64,000 nucleotides of DNA, taken from positions 1,617 to 65,616 of the forward strand of contig JADHWJ010000002.1 of the NCBI GenBank assembly GCA_016783545.1, written 5' to 3'. The notes under the pieces are model-generated. The model was given only the letters and a program-made list of their open reading frames with translations, was not told the origin of the DNA and ran no database searches. The position numbers and the translations under genes are program-made. This stretch comes from Candidatus Aenigmatarchaeota archaeon (GTDB taxonomy: Archaea > Aenigmatarchaeota > Aenigmatarchaeia > QMZP01). Within the stretch, counting starts at the first letter, position 1, and every line of letters begins with the position of its first letter. Shown one piece after another: positions 27,990-36,936 of the stretch.

Positions 27990-28025
27990 ATGTCTTTTTA
28001 ACGGTATATACCATTAACTTGACTG
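27990..28025. repeat. Two degenerate conserved sites head-to-head (27990-28006 +, 28009-28025 -) around palindrome GGTATATACC
   Basis: ATGTCTTTTTAACGGTA and CAGTCAAGTTAATGGTA, each preceded by a hairpin. Confidence 0.7.
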
Positions 28026-28060
28026 AGTAAAGGGGAAGTTGTTCCCCTTGTAATTACTCC

Positions 28061-28993
28061 TTATTTGATTTGATTCAGCTCTTCGTGAAAGCTTCTCCCA
28101 GCAGGGACCATGTCGTCTGTAACCCTGGGGTACTTCTCCCTTTTCTGTAGCAGACGGTTGGTGGCCTCTTCGAGTCGGTGTTTGAGCCCTTGCATGGGCT
28201 CATAAGAGGGCCTGGGCCAGATCAGGATACCACCATCCTTGAGAGAGTATGTGAGTCCGAAGGGCTCAAGGAGTATGGTTAGTATGGCACCAACAGACCC
28301 TTCGAGGCATTCCACCTGCTCGATCTTGATATGGTCCTCCCTATTGACCATCAGGTCGAAGGTCACCTTAAACCCCCCAATATCAGCTAGACCACTCACC
28401 AACTCTTCGAGTGTGATTGAAAGAGGGCTGGGCTGGAAGGTTATTTCCTTATCGAGCTTCTTCAAGAGATCGATCTTCCAACGCTGCTCTGAACCAAACT
28501 CTTTTTCCAGGTCCTCGTCCACCTTCATCTGGTAGAGTTTGTTGCAGATCTTAGTCCTCTCTTCAGCTGCTCGGAGTTGGGTAAAGAGCCGTGCCTCTCT
28601 CTTATTACGGGGCTCTTCCACAGCACTCTTCAGACTAGCTTTGGCTGTTTTGAGCTGTTCCTTAAGGCTCGCTTCAGTTGTCTGATACCCTTCGACCCTT
28701 TTGCGGAGATCCTCGAGCTCCTTTTGGGCTTGGTCCCTTTCCCCCTCTGCGATTCGGAGCATCTTGATGAAAGGGCCGTTGTGCTTGGCCTTTTCGAGTT
28801 TCTGGTTCTCTGCTGAGAGTCTCTTTACCTCGGTTCGAAGCTCAGCGAGCTCAGGTTCGTACTTGGCTTTCAGCTCTTCTCGAACCCGGTTTTCACCTTC
28901 CTTTACGAGCCGACTGACCTCCTCTTGGAGACCTAGATCACCCGCAAAGGCCAGTGCTGTGAAGCATAGTGATACAGCGATTCTTCTGTACAT
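28061..28993 (-). CDS. Secreted coiled-coil protein with STN/secretin-N-like domain
   Basis: Signal peptide MYRRIAVSLCFTALAFAG; TLEELV..ILTILLEPFGLTYSLKDGGILI. Confidence 0.75.
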   Translation of the reverse strand: MYRRIAVSLCFTALAFAGDLGLQEEVSRLVKEGENRVREELKAKYEPELAELRTEVKRLSAENQKLEKAKHNGPFIKMLRIAEGERDQAQKELEDLRKRVEGYQTTEASLKEQLKTAKASLKSAVEEPRNKREARLFTQLRAAEERTKICNKLYQMKVDEDLEKEFGSEQRWKIDLLKKLDKEITFQPSPLSITLEELVSGLADIGGFKVTFDLMVNREDHIKIEQVECLEGSVGAILTILLEPFGLTYSLKDGGILIWPRPSYEPMQGLKHRLEEATNRLLQKREKYPRVTDDMVPAGRSFHEELNQIK

Positions 28994-29005
28994 ATTAATC
29001 CTCCC

Positions 29006-29542
29006 TCAGAACACGATGAAATTGAATGCTCCTGTATAAGCAAATAGACTTGCTATTAGAAGCACCAATATCATCACCAGAATCCAGGCCATCTTACTTT
29101 TCGACATGGTCAGAGTAAACGACCGCCACCAGGTCCTCCTTATACCTGGTTCATCGACCCTCCTATTCACCATCAGCACACGTACTATGTATAGAAGACC
29201 ACCCACTATGGTTGCAATAATGCTCCAAAAGAGCACACCCATCTTCACTAGTGTGGATGGTTGTTGCTTCTTCAGATCATTGAGACTTAGAAGCCTTTCT
29301 TTTTCCTTGAGATGATTCTGAAGATCAGCTATCTTCTTGGCCTTTTCCTCGAGTCTGGCCAGACTTTCTGCTCCCTTCTGGTTAGCCTGCTCAAGCTGGG
29401 CAGAGAGTTTGGTGTTCTCTGCCCGGAGATGCTTGACCTCATTTTGGAGCTTCTCGTACTCTTTCTCGAATTCAGCTATCCGAGAGAGGTCGGGGTCTGC
29501 TGTTACTAGAAACTGTACGAGTAGAAACATTACGCTTTTCAT
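29006..29542 (-). CDS. Orphan coiled-coil protein with two C-terminal TM segments
   Basis: Short hydrophobic N-terminus, heptads, two hydrophobic segments. Confidence 0.75.
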   Translation of the reverse strand: MKSVMFLLVQFLVTADPDLSRIAEFEKEYEKLQNEVKHLRAENTKLSAQLEQANQKGAESLARLEEKAKKIADLQNHLKEKERLLSLNDLKKQQPSTLVKMGVLFWSIIATIVGGLLYIVRVLMVNRRVDEPGIRRTWWRSFTLTMSKSKMAWILVMILVLLIASLFAYTGAFNFIVF

Positions 29543-30096
29543 TGGCTACTCTCCTCTGGCAAAACATCGCCTAACAAATCACCGAGTATGATCCTTGGCT
29601 CATTCATAATCGTTCTCAGCCTATTTTCTGATAGTGCAATCTCCTTTTCAAAGGCCTTTCGCTGCCATATGGTAATACCTAACAATACAATGACCAATAC
29701 GATGAGATAGAGTCCGGCGAGGGCCATTATCCATTTCCTCTGGTTCGCAGCTTGCTGTATCACCCTATCTCTAGCCATCCTAGCTTCCTTAACCTCTTGG
29801 CTAAGGGTTACAATTGCCCTGTTAAGACCTCGGATCTCCTTTCCAAGGGCAATCTGGGTGGTTTTCAGCGTTTTCTCGGCCTTTACCCGGGCTTCTTGAG
29901 AAAAACTAAGCCCCCTCTCTGTTATGTCAAGTTGTTGATTGAGGTTCTTTAGCCTTTCATCAGCAACCCGGAGCTTCCCCTTGAGCTCCTGATTTTCGAT
30001 CTGGAGCCTTTTGAGCCCCTTCTCGAACCTGGTGATCGATTCTTCCCCATACACTGTAAGACAGAGTAGGGGAAATACCATAGCTATGCGATACAT
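29539..30096 (-). CDS. Orphan signal peptide + coiled-coil + TM protein
   Basis: MYRIAMVFPLLCLTVYG; TM WIMALAGLYLIVLVIVLLGITIW. Confidence 0.75.
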   Translation of the reverse strand: MYRIAMVFPLLCLTVYGEESITRFEKGLKRLQIENQELKGKLRVADERLKNLNQQLDITERGLSFSQEARVKAEKTLKTTQIALGKEIRGLNRAIVTLSQEVKEARMARDRVIQQAANQRKWIMALAGLYLIVLVIVLLGITIWQRKAFEKEIALSENRLRTIMNEPRIILGDLLGDVLPEESSQ

Positions 30097-30369
30097 CTGA
30101 TTTCCCCTTAAGACGAACAAAGGACTAAAGAAAGTCCCTGAGAAATGGAAATCTGGCTAAAAAAGTGAATTATGAGACAATTCTCTCTCTTATCTAACCA
30201 GATAGACATATACGAATAATCCAATAGGTTTTTACACTCTATTGGGCAATATGTGTGTTATGTGTAAGGGTATTTGGCACAAAACCGCTTAAAAGCGGTA
30301 TTTAGTGACCATTGAATAGTAACATTAGAAATAGTTATTTAAATACATTATTGTGTGAAAAAATCGTGT

Positions 30370-33300
30370 TTATGATGACTGAGGGATGGTATCAGGTTCC
30401 TGAGGAACTGTATCTGGTTCTTGGGGAACGGTATCCGGTTCTTGTGGGCTACCATCAGGTTCTTGGTCACCACCACCATCGCTCATAGTACTCCAACTAA
30501 CAGGACACGCAAGTCCACCGCAGCTGAATGTATTAAAGTCACACTCAGGAGTCTCTCCCCTTGGGCAGTCAACATCCTTTCCTTTAAAACTTGAAGCAAG
30601 TCTTGTCCAGAAGCTCTTCTCTGAACAGCATTTTATTCCACCAAATTCTAACTTAGTGCTCTTTGTATCAATTCTTTGGTATGTATAGTTTGCATTCCCT
30701 CTTAACACAAACGTCTTTGAAGGCACTTCTAGGTCTGTAAGGCCTTGTTTAAAGTAACAAGATGCAACATATACACCTTTCAGCTGGCTGAAAGCAGCTT
30801 TGTCCCATACCAGCTTATTACCATCTTTTCTTGGAGCAGGATAACAGTCATTTTCGTGGCTAAAGCCAGGAACATTTTCAAGGAATTCTCCAGGGAACTC
30901 CAGTTCTATGAATTTCATATCAGTAATGTTTCCTTTGTTTCCCTGTGCTCCGGCAAGATTTATATCCACACTGAAAGGCATTCCCTCTGTAATCGGCTGT
31001 TCCTGAGTGTCTATGTTAAGCCTTACAGGGGCGTTTGTAAGTGTTGCCGCCTTCTTTGCTACTGATACTATACCTTCCCTTGTCCTTCTATCCCATTCAT
31101 CCCTGCCCATGAACTCAATCTCAAAGCTTGAGTCTATCTTGTACTTGTACATCACTACGGCTGTTAATGGTATGAATTTCTCCCTTAGGTTAGTGGATAA
31201 TGTGGTTGCGCAATCTATCATATCTGTTGCAGGGAAGAATACCTCTGTTGAAGCTAATTTGTTTAGATTTCTGTCAGGTGTTTGCAGTGGCTGTTCACAA
31301 TATCCAGGAGTGCCTCTCCTGAAGTCGTCATCACCTATATTTGTATTATGACATGCAATTTCAAGTTCAGTGTCGTCTACAAATCCAAGCTGGCCTATAT
31401 TGATATAGGTTTCATCCCCAGGCGCCCAGCTCGGGTCGTAATGAAGCGGAGAGCTAATCCTTATAGATACCTCTTCTGCGTCGAACGCGCCCTTATTATC
31501 AAGCTTGAGAGAGACAGTGTATGGCCTGCAGACATAGATAAGGCTAGTTCTAAAGCTGGTTATTTCAATACCATATGCTCCTGCCAAGCCTGTGTCAGAG
31601 TCTGTTGCGTATGAACCATTCATCATCTGTTGGGCATAACCAACAGGGTTTGTCAATAGTTTCCATCCAGTTCCGAACATGCCACCAAAGCCTGTGAACA
31701 GCTCTGCTAGTGGTTTGAATACGTCAGAGAAGCCTGTATAAACAGTTGGGAACCAGTCTCCAAGTATTGCTCCGCCAACTTCCTGGGTGCCTGGACCGAA
31801 TGCATATATTACTGTAGCTGCGCCTAGCATAAGCATACCAACTTCTGCTCTGTTCTCTGTGGGCGCGAAGAACCCAGCCACAAACGTGACAAACCAGAAA
31901 TACAGGAAGAATCCCTTAAGTAAGCCGGTCAGCTCCCATCCAACCCCTCCAATCATCTGGAAAAGCCCTCCCATACCGATATCTCCGCTAAATACCATCA
32001 ACAGAGCAAGGACTATGAAAATTGGAGCGCCCATTGGTATTTTTGAAATAGCAAAAAGCAAGCCAATTCCAACAAATACAATTGCAATGGCCCAGCCTCC
32101 AAGTGCTCCAGAACCTATTAATGCAATTCCCATTAATAATGCAAAAACGAATTTCATTGGTATTTCGTAGAGTGACAGTCTTTCATCTACATCTGCTGTT
32201 GGCGCTCCGCCAGCGCCTCTGTTCGCATGCGGTGGCGCAATAAAGAATGCCCATGCTATAAGCGCAAGAACCCATGAATCAAAAATACTAAGGAACGCAA
32301 ATGGTATGAATGTACATCCCAGAATGAACCTGTATGTGGAATCTATAAACTGTGAAGGATTATATCTATCCCCTAAATCATATCCATGTGAATAGCTAAG
32401 ATAACCAACAAAAAGAGTTATTATTCCGAAAAGGTTGAAGAAAGGAATTTCACTTTTTACAAAAAGACCCATGAACCCTCCGCCCATGAAGCCTGCATAC
32501 ATTCCTATTATTGCTGCTGACTTGAAGAAACTCTTTGTGAAGGCCATGCTGTAGTGGTGCCTTCCTGGTCTGTCATGGTGCATGTCTGATACAGCTCTGT
32601 GTAAATTTCCACCATACCCTCTGAATGACCTGCCTATCCCTCTGCCCCAATGACCTACACGTCCGAATCCACCATGGCGTATATCGAGTCCGGTCAAATC
32701 CGCATCTCGTATGGCTCTATCATCTTCAGGTTGGTCTCCCATTGGCCAATAGTCTGCTGGGTTAGGGAACATGTAATAGGCTGCCCAAGAAAAGAATCCA
32801 ACTATAAACCAGAAGTTTCCGGTCATTGATGACACAATCAGGCCGATTGCTACTAATGCAATGGTGGGCATATAGTCCCTGATGCTCCAGTGGGAGTAGG
32901 CGTCTCTCCAATGGAGTTCGCCTCTTTCCTTTTTCTTTTCCTTTAATGTAAATGTTATCTTGTAAACATGGTTTTTACAGTCAACATCAACATTATATTC
33001 TTCTGGATCAGGATCATGGGTATTACATAAACATCTCACATCATATACATTAGCTACGTTTGTTAGGAATGTAAAGAATCTTACCTTTTTCTTTGCAGGC
33101 ACATCTGCCAGTTTAAATGTTGAATTGGTTGGTTGAGGATCACAATGAACACTTACATTTTCTGCTTCCAAATCACTGGCTTTATTATCAATATAAACTA
33201 CAATCTTACAGCCTGGGCCAGCGGGGCCAGCAGGAGGTGGACCACCAGGAGGACCACCAGGAGGACCAGCAGGAGGACCACCAGGACCAGCAGGAGGTGG

Positions 33301-34515
33301 AGCACCAGGAGGACCAGCAGGAGGACCACCAGGACCAGCAGGAGGTGGAGCACCAGGAGGACCACCAGGACCAGCAGGAGGTGGAGCACCAGGAGGACCA
33401 GCAGGAGGACCACCAGGACCAGCAGGAGGACCACCAGCAGGAGCAGGCGCTGCAGCAGCCGGGCCTCCAGTATAATGAGCAACTACAGAATAGTTCTGGT
33501 CCATTTTTATATCTATTTCAGAATCACCGGTGTACAGATCAACATCAGGTATTGTATGTGGTGGTACTCCTGGTTGCCGGGCTGCAAGACCATCTCTGAC
33601 ACCAGTTATTTTATTTGGAACTGCTGGTGGAGCTGGCATACCTGGACCAAATCTATTCTCTAATATATCACCAGGCCACAAATTAACACCGTTTACTGTC
33701 CAATGGTCAAAAGTATAACCCGGATTAGGTCTTTGATGAATAGTTACAACAGAATCCTTTGCAGGTTCTGATTTTCCGTGCAGATTAACCCAACCAGCTT
33801 TTTCAGGTGCTTCATTAACAGCAAGAATAACTTTACCAGGTGGAGGTACAGGAGCCGGAGCAGGTGCTGGAGGAGGCGGAGCAGGAGCGGGTGGAGGAGG
33901 TTGCAATTGAAAATATGCTACGATGGTAGTATCTGCATTTAAATTAACGATTCTGGCCGGGTTGACGGATCCATCTTCCCATTTTTGAAAGACATAAAGG
34001 TTTCCACCAATAGCAACATTGTTATTGACAATGATATTTTTTACACCAGCCTTTAGTTTACCCTTATATGTGGTTGTTTTAGATGAACCATCTAGTGTAA
34101 AAGGAACACCTTTCATCGGCAAAGAATCAACAACCAATGTAAATTTATTTCCACCACCAGCACAACTACCAGTTGCTGTTATACTAATTTTTTTTGTTGC
34201 TAAAACTTTAGCGTTACTATCAATAACTTCAATAGTGATAACATGCTCACCTGGTACTATACCTGTTTTTGCATGGATATTTAATCCATTAGTGAAAAGA
34301 CCAGTATTATTTATGAGTTGTGCTGAATCATATATTCCATCTGTTCTTTCTGGTGGTTCAACCGACCCAAACCATGCAATAAGTTTTGGAAGAGATTTTA
34401 TTCTGATATCTATTAATTCATTTTGTGGTCCCCTGACATTGAATCCTAAAGTACTAGGTTTGCAAATTTTTACATTTGTTTTAGATACAGTGCTAATTTC
34501 TGCTAAACTAGGCAA
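30370..34515 (-). CDS. Large surface/membrane protein with Ig-like domains, Pro/Gly repeats and multi-pass core
   Basis: 1381-aa ORF, GGTGA RBS before TTG; InlB-B-repeat-like GYTFDHWTVNG; PGGPP repeats; many TM segments; LKLDNKGAFDA CARDB-like segment. Confidence 0.8.
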   Translation of the reverse strand: MPSLAEISTVSKTNVKICKPSTLGFNVRGPQNELIDIRIKSLPKLIAWFGSVEPPERTDGIYDSAQLINNTGLFTNGLNIHAKTGIVPGEHVITIEVIDSNAKVLATKKISITATGSCAGGGNKFTLVVDSLPMKGVPFTLDGSSKTTTYKGKLKAGVKNIIVNNNVAIGGNLYVFQKWEDGSVNPARIVNLNADTTIVAYFQLQPPPPAPAPPPPAPAPAPVPPPGKVILAVNEAPEKAGWVNLHGKSEPAKDSVVTIHQRPNPGYTFDHWTVNGVNLWPGDILENRFGPGMPAPPAVPNKITGVRDGLAARQPGVPPHTIPDVDLYTGDSEIDIKMDQNYSVVAHYTGGPAAAAPAPAGGPPAGPGGPPAGPPGAPPPAGPGGPPGAPPPAGPGGPPAGPPGAPPPAGPGGPPAGPPGGPPGGPPPAGPAGPGCKIVVYIDNKASDLEAENVSVHCDPQPTNSTFKLADVPAKKKVRFFTFLTNVANVYDVRCLCNTHDPDPEEYNVDVDCKNHVYKITFTLKEKKKERGELHWRDAYSHWSIRDYMPTIALVAIGLIVSSMTGNFWFIVGFFSWAAYYMFPNPADYWPMGDQPEDDRAIRDADLTGLDIRHGGFGRVGHWGRGIGRSFRGYGGNLHRAVSDMHHDRPGRHHYSMAFTKSFFKSAAIIGMYAGFMGGGFMGLFVKSEIPFFNLFGIITLFVGYLSYSHGYDLGDRYNPSQFIDSTYRFILGCTFIPFAFLSIFDSWVLALIAWAFFIAPPHANRGAGGAPTADVDERLSLYEIPMKFVFALLMGIALIGSGALGGWAIAIVFVGIGLLFAISKIPMGAPIFIVLALLMVFSGDIGMGGLFQMIGGVGWELTGLLKGFFLYFWFVTFVAGFFAPTENRAEVGMLMLGAATVIYAFGPGTQEVGGAILGDWFPTVYTGFSDVFKPLAELFTGFGGMFGTGWKLLTNPVGYAQQMMNGSYATDSDTGLAGAYGIEITSFRTSLIYVCRPYTVSLKLDNKGAFDAEEVSIRISSPLHYDPSWAPGDETYINIGQLGFVDDTELEIACHNTNIGDDDFRRGTPGYCEQPLQTPDRNLNKLASTEVFFPATDMIDCATTLSTNLREKFIPLTAVVMYKYKIDSSFEIEFMGRDEWDRRTREGIVSVAKKAATLTNAPVRLNIDTQEQPITEGMPFSVDINLAGAQGNKGNITDMKFIELEFPGEFLENVPGFSHENDCYPAPRKDGNKLVWDKAAFSQLKGVYVASCYFKQGLTDLEVPSKTFVLRGNANYTYQRIDTKSTKLEFGGIKCCSEKSFWTRLASSFKGKDVDCPRGETPECDFNTFSCGGLACPVSWSTMSDGGGDQEPDGSPQEPDTVPQEPDTVPQEPDTIPQSS
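33215..33465 (-). repeat. Low-complexity tandem repeat encoding (P/A)GGPP
   Basis: Iterated CCAGCAGGAGGACCACCAGGA units. Confidence 0.9.
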
Positions 34516-34577
34516 TTAATCACCGATTAATTATTAGGTTAGAACAAGTTAAATAATTAGTAAAGTTCTTTAATGGG

Positions 34578-34949
34578 TTAAGCTGTTTGATAAAGTTCCA
34601 TCTGAGCAGAATTTGTATCTTCGTCTCTAAGACCTCTTCCGCCTCTTCGTCTTGCTCTGTTTCTGAGATAAATAGCACCGCCTGTTAGAGCTAAACCCGC
34701 AGCAACTGAACCATAAAGAATAGGGTGTTCTACAATTTCCTTGTAGTAACCCATACTATCATCGGGCATTAATGCTGTGAAAGCATTGGCTGGCCATCTT
34801 AGATAAAATGGAAGACTGTCTATTTCATTTTCTATGTATTGAGAAACACCTACCCAACCACCTAGAGCTGTACCTGATGCAGCTACAGTTGCACCTGCCA
34901 ATCTCTTACCCCTTTTCCACATAGAATCTCTGGGTTTTCTTTTAGCCAT
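34578..34949 (-). CDS. Orphan two-TM membrane protein
   Basis: MAKRKPRDS start with TATA upstream; two hydrophobic Gly/Ala-rich segments. Confidence 0.65.
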   Translation of the reverse strand: MAKRKPRDSMWKRGKRLAGATVAASGTALGGWVGVSQYIENEIDSLPFYLRWPANAFTALMPDDSMGYYKEIVEHPILYGSVAAGLALTGGAIYLRNRARRRGGRGLRDEDTNSAQMELYQTA

Positions 34950-35110
34950 ATTTGTCACTATCCTATAGTAACAATTAGAATATGTATTTAAATACTTATA
35001 TAACGCTGTTATATGGCTCTGAAACCTATCAGAGAACTGAATAGCCTTTTGCATCTCATTTGTTGAGTAGCAGATATTATTAATTTAAACAAAGAAACCA
35101 AAGAATAATT

Positions 35111-35473
35111 ATGAATGAAGAAGCTAAAAAATGGATGAAAAAAGCAGAAGATGATTTTGAAAATGCGGAAATTCTTCTTAGGAATAAAAAATATGATGGT
35201 GCAATGTTTTTCTCCCAACAAGCCGCAGAAAAGGCTCTAAAGGCAATTTCTATCGAGAAATTTAACAGGCTGAGAAAAATCCATGATTTGGTGGAGCTTG
35301 GGAAAGATGTGAATCTTGATAAGAATCTTCTTGAAAACGCAAAAGAGCTTACAATGGCATATATTTATTCTAGGTATCCTGATGCTGAAGAAATTAAAGA
35401 TTTGAAAAAGCTTTCTGAAAATCTTGCTGAATATTCAAGGAGGATAGTAGAATGGGTAAAAAAGAGTCTGTGA
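35111..35473 (+). CDS. HEPN domain protein (HEPN-MNT pair)
   Basis: FFSQQAAEKALKA, KIHDL, YIYSRYPD. Confidence 0.92.
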   Translation: MNEEAKKWMKKAEDDFENAEILLRNKKYDGAMFFSQQAAEKALKAISIEKFNRLRKIHDLVELGKDVNLDKNLLENAKELTMAYIYSRYPDAEEIKDLKKLSENLAEYSRRIVEWVKKSL

Positions 35474-35772
35474 TAAAGAGTCTGAAAGATTTCAAAAAGT
35501 CATTAAGCAAGGATTTTCCAGTGAAAAGAATGCTGCTATTTGGTAGTTATGCCAGCGGAAAGCCTCGTAAAGACAGTGACATAGATCTTATTATAGTAAG
35601 TTCTAAATTCAAAAGATTAAACTTCATAAAAAGAGGGGCTAAAATGTACGGTTATTGGAAAATAAGATTTCCTGTTGATTTTCTTTGCTACACACCAAAG
35701 GAGTTTAACAAACTGAAAAAAAGACCAACAATAGTTAAAGAAGCTATAGACAACGGAATAGAAATTAATTAG
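35452..35772 (+). CDS. Minimal nucleotidyltransferase (MNT)
   Basis: LLFGSYASG..DSDIDLIIVS, VDFLCYTPKEF. Confidence 0.92.
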   Translation: MGKKESVIKSLKDFKKSLSKDFPVKRMLLFGSYASGKPRKDSDIDLIIVSSKFKRLNFIKRGAKMYGYWKIRFPVDFLCYTPKEFNKLKKRPTIVKEAIDNGIEIN

Positions 35773-35774
35773 TC

Positions 35775-36893
35775 TCACCTTTCAATACCAACAATAACCT
35801 TCTGCACATCAAAGCTTCCTGTAGCAGAGAGCTCTAATGTGTTAGAACCTATCTGTACATCATTCATTGAGAAATAAACAGTATTTACACCTTCTTTTAC
35901 AATACCTAAAGGCAATTTCTTTTCATTCAATTTTAATTCCAAAGAACCCTGCCTTTCAATATTTGTAACCTGTGCATCAATTCTTCCCCTTAGGCCAAGC
36001 CTCAGGGAATTGAAAGCCTTTGCAGAAACATCAAAATCCCTTTTCTTTGAGACTTCATCAGAAACAAGGAAAAGCTTAAGCTCAACATCTCTCATTTTCA
36101 ATGGCCTGTCTGAATTAACAGAAACAAGGTTTGGTCCAGACCTTAGTGGTGCATCTGCCAGTGTGAATTTTGCAACATCCACACCTCTTGGAACTTTTTC
36201 ATATATTGTTTTTCCATTGACTTTTACAACCACTGAAACAGCGCTTGTTGCATAAAATCTTAGGTCAGCATGCTCGAATTTCTCTATATCAGATGGCTCC
36301 AGAATCAATGGTATGATTTTTGCAGGACCATACTCAAGTTTTATCTCTATATCCTTTAGGAAATAATAATTCTCTGCCCAGAATGCAACACCAGGGCTGT
36401 CTGCATAGAGTTCAACTGTATTGCTTTGCTTTATGTATTGCTTGTCAACATACACATCAAGTTCGTCTTCTGGTTTTCCTTTGTATATCTCTTTTCCGTT
36501 CCATCTTACAGCAAAATCACCCACTCTATTGGAGCTGGTATCAACATGTGCAGTCATCCTTATATTGTTCATATCATCCATCAGCCATTCAGGGATATCT
36601 ATATCAAAACCTTCTTTGTGTGAACCAAACACACTTGATTTGAACTCTAGCTGGGGTATTGTTTTAAGTGTTTCTGCCTGTAGCTCTCCTGATACAAAAT
36701 CAGGCACTTCAACAATCTTTGATGCTATATTTGTGACTATGCCTAGTTTTCCAAAATTAAGAACAGTAATCTCTTCGATATTGCCTGTTGTGATAGGCCC
36801 TACGAATGAACCTATTAATAGAAAAGAAACTATTATTCCTAATGCAACTATGAGAAGAATAAAAAAATCATTCCAACCTTTAAGTTTTTTCAT
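35775..36893 (-). CDS. Membrane-anchored beta-rich extracellular protein
   Basis: N-terminal TM, repeated beta-sandwich-like segments. Confidence 0.7.
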   Translation of the reverse strand: MKKLKGWNDFFILLIVALGIIVSFLLIGSFVGPITTGNIEEITVLNFGKLGIVTNIASKIVEVPDFVSGELQAETLKTIPQLEFKSSVFGSHKEGFDIDIPEWLMDDMNNIRMTAHVDTSSNRVGDFAVRWNGKEIYKGKPEDELDVYVDKQYIKQSNTVELYADSPGVAFWAENYYFLKDIEIKLEYGPAKIIPLILEPSDIEKFEHADLRFYATSAVSVVVKVNGKTIYEKVPRGVDVAKFTLADAPLRSGPNLVSVNSDRPLKMRDVELKLFLVSDEVSKKRDFDVSAKAFNSLRLGLRGRIDAQVTNIERQGSLELKLNEKKLPLGIVKEGVNTVYFSMNDVQIGSNTLELSATGSFDVQKVIVGIER

Positions 36894-36936
36894 ATATTAT
36901 TATTGTTTAGCAATAATTAAATAGTTAGGTATTATT

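Larger units (their letters stand above)
24095..28006 (+). mobile_element. GC-rich island 6 (five orphan genes plus structured leader)
   Basis: Sharp GC rise; co-oriented genes; terminal hairpins and conserved site; left edge approximate. Confidence 0.55.
28009..30190 (-). mobile_element. GC-richer island 7 (three orphan exported coiled-coil genes)
   Basis: Co-oriented genes, hairpin 28030-28049, site; 5' edge approximate. Confidence 0.5.

Noticed and set aside
33117-33663. Alternative-frame ORFs (EDHQ-, RRT- and LLV-rich)
   Set aside because: Shadows of the PGGPP nucleotide repeat in the 1381-aa gene.
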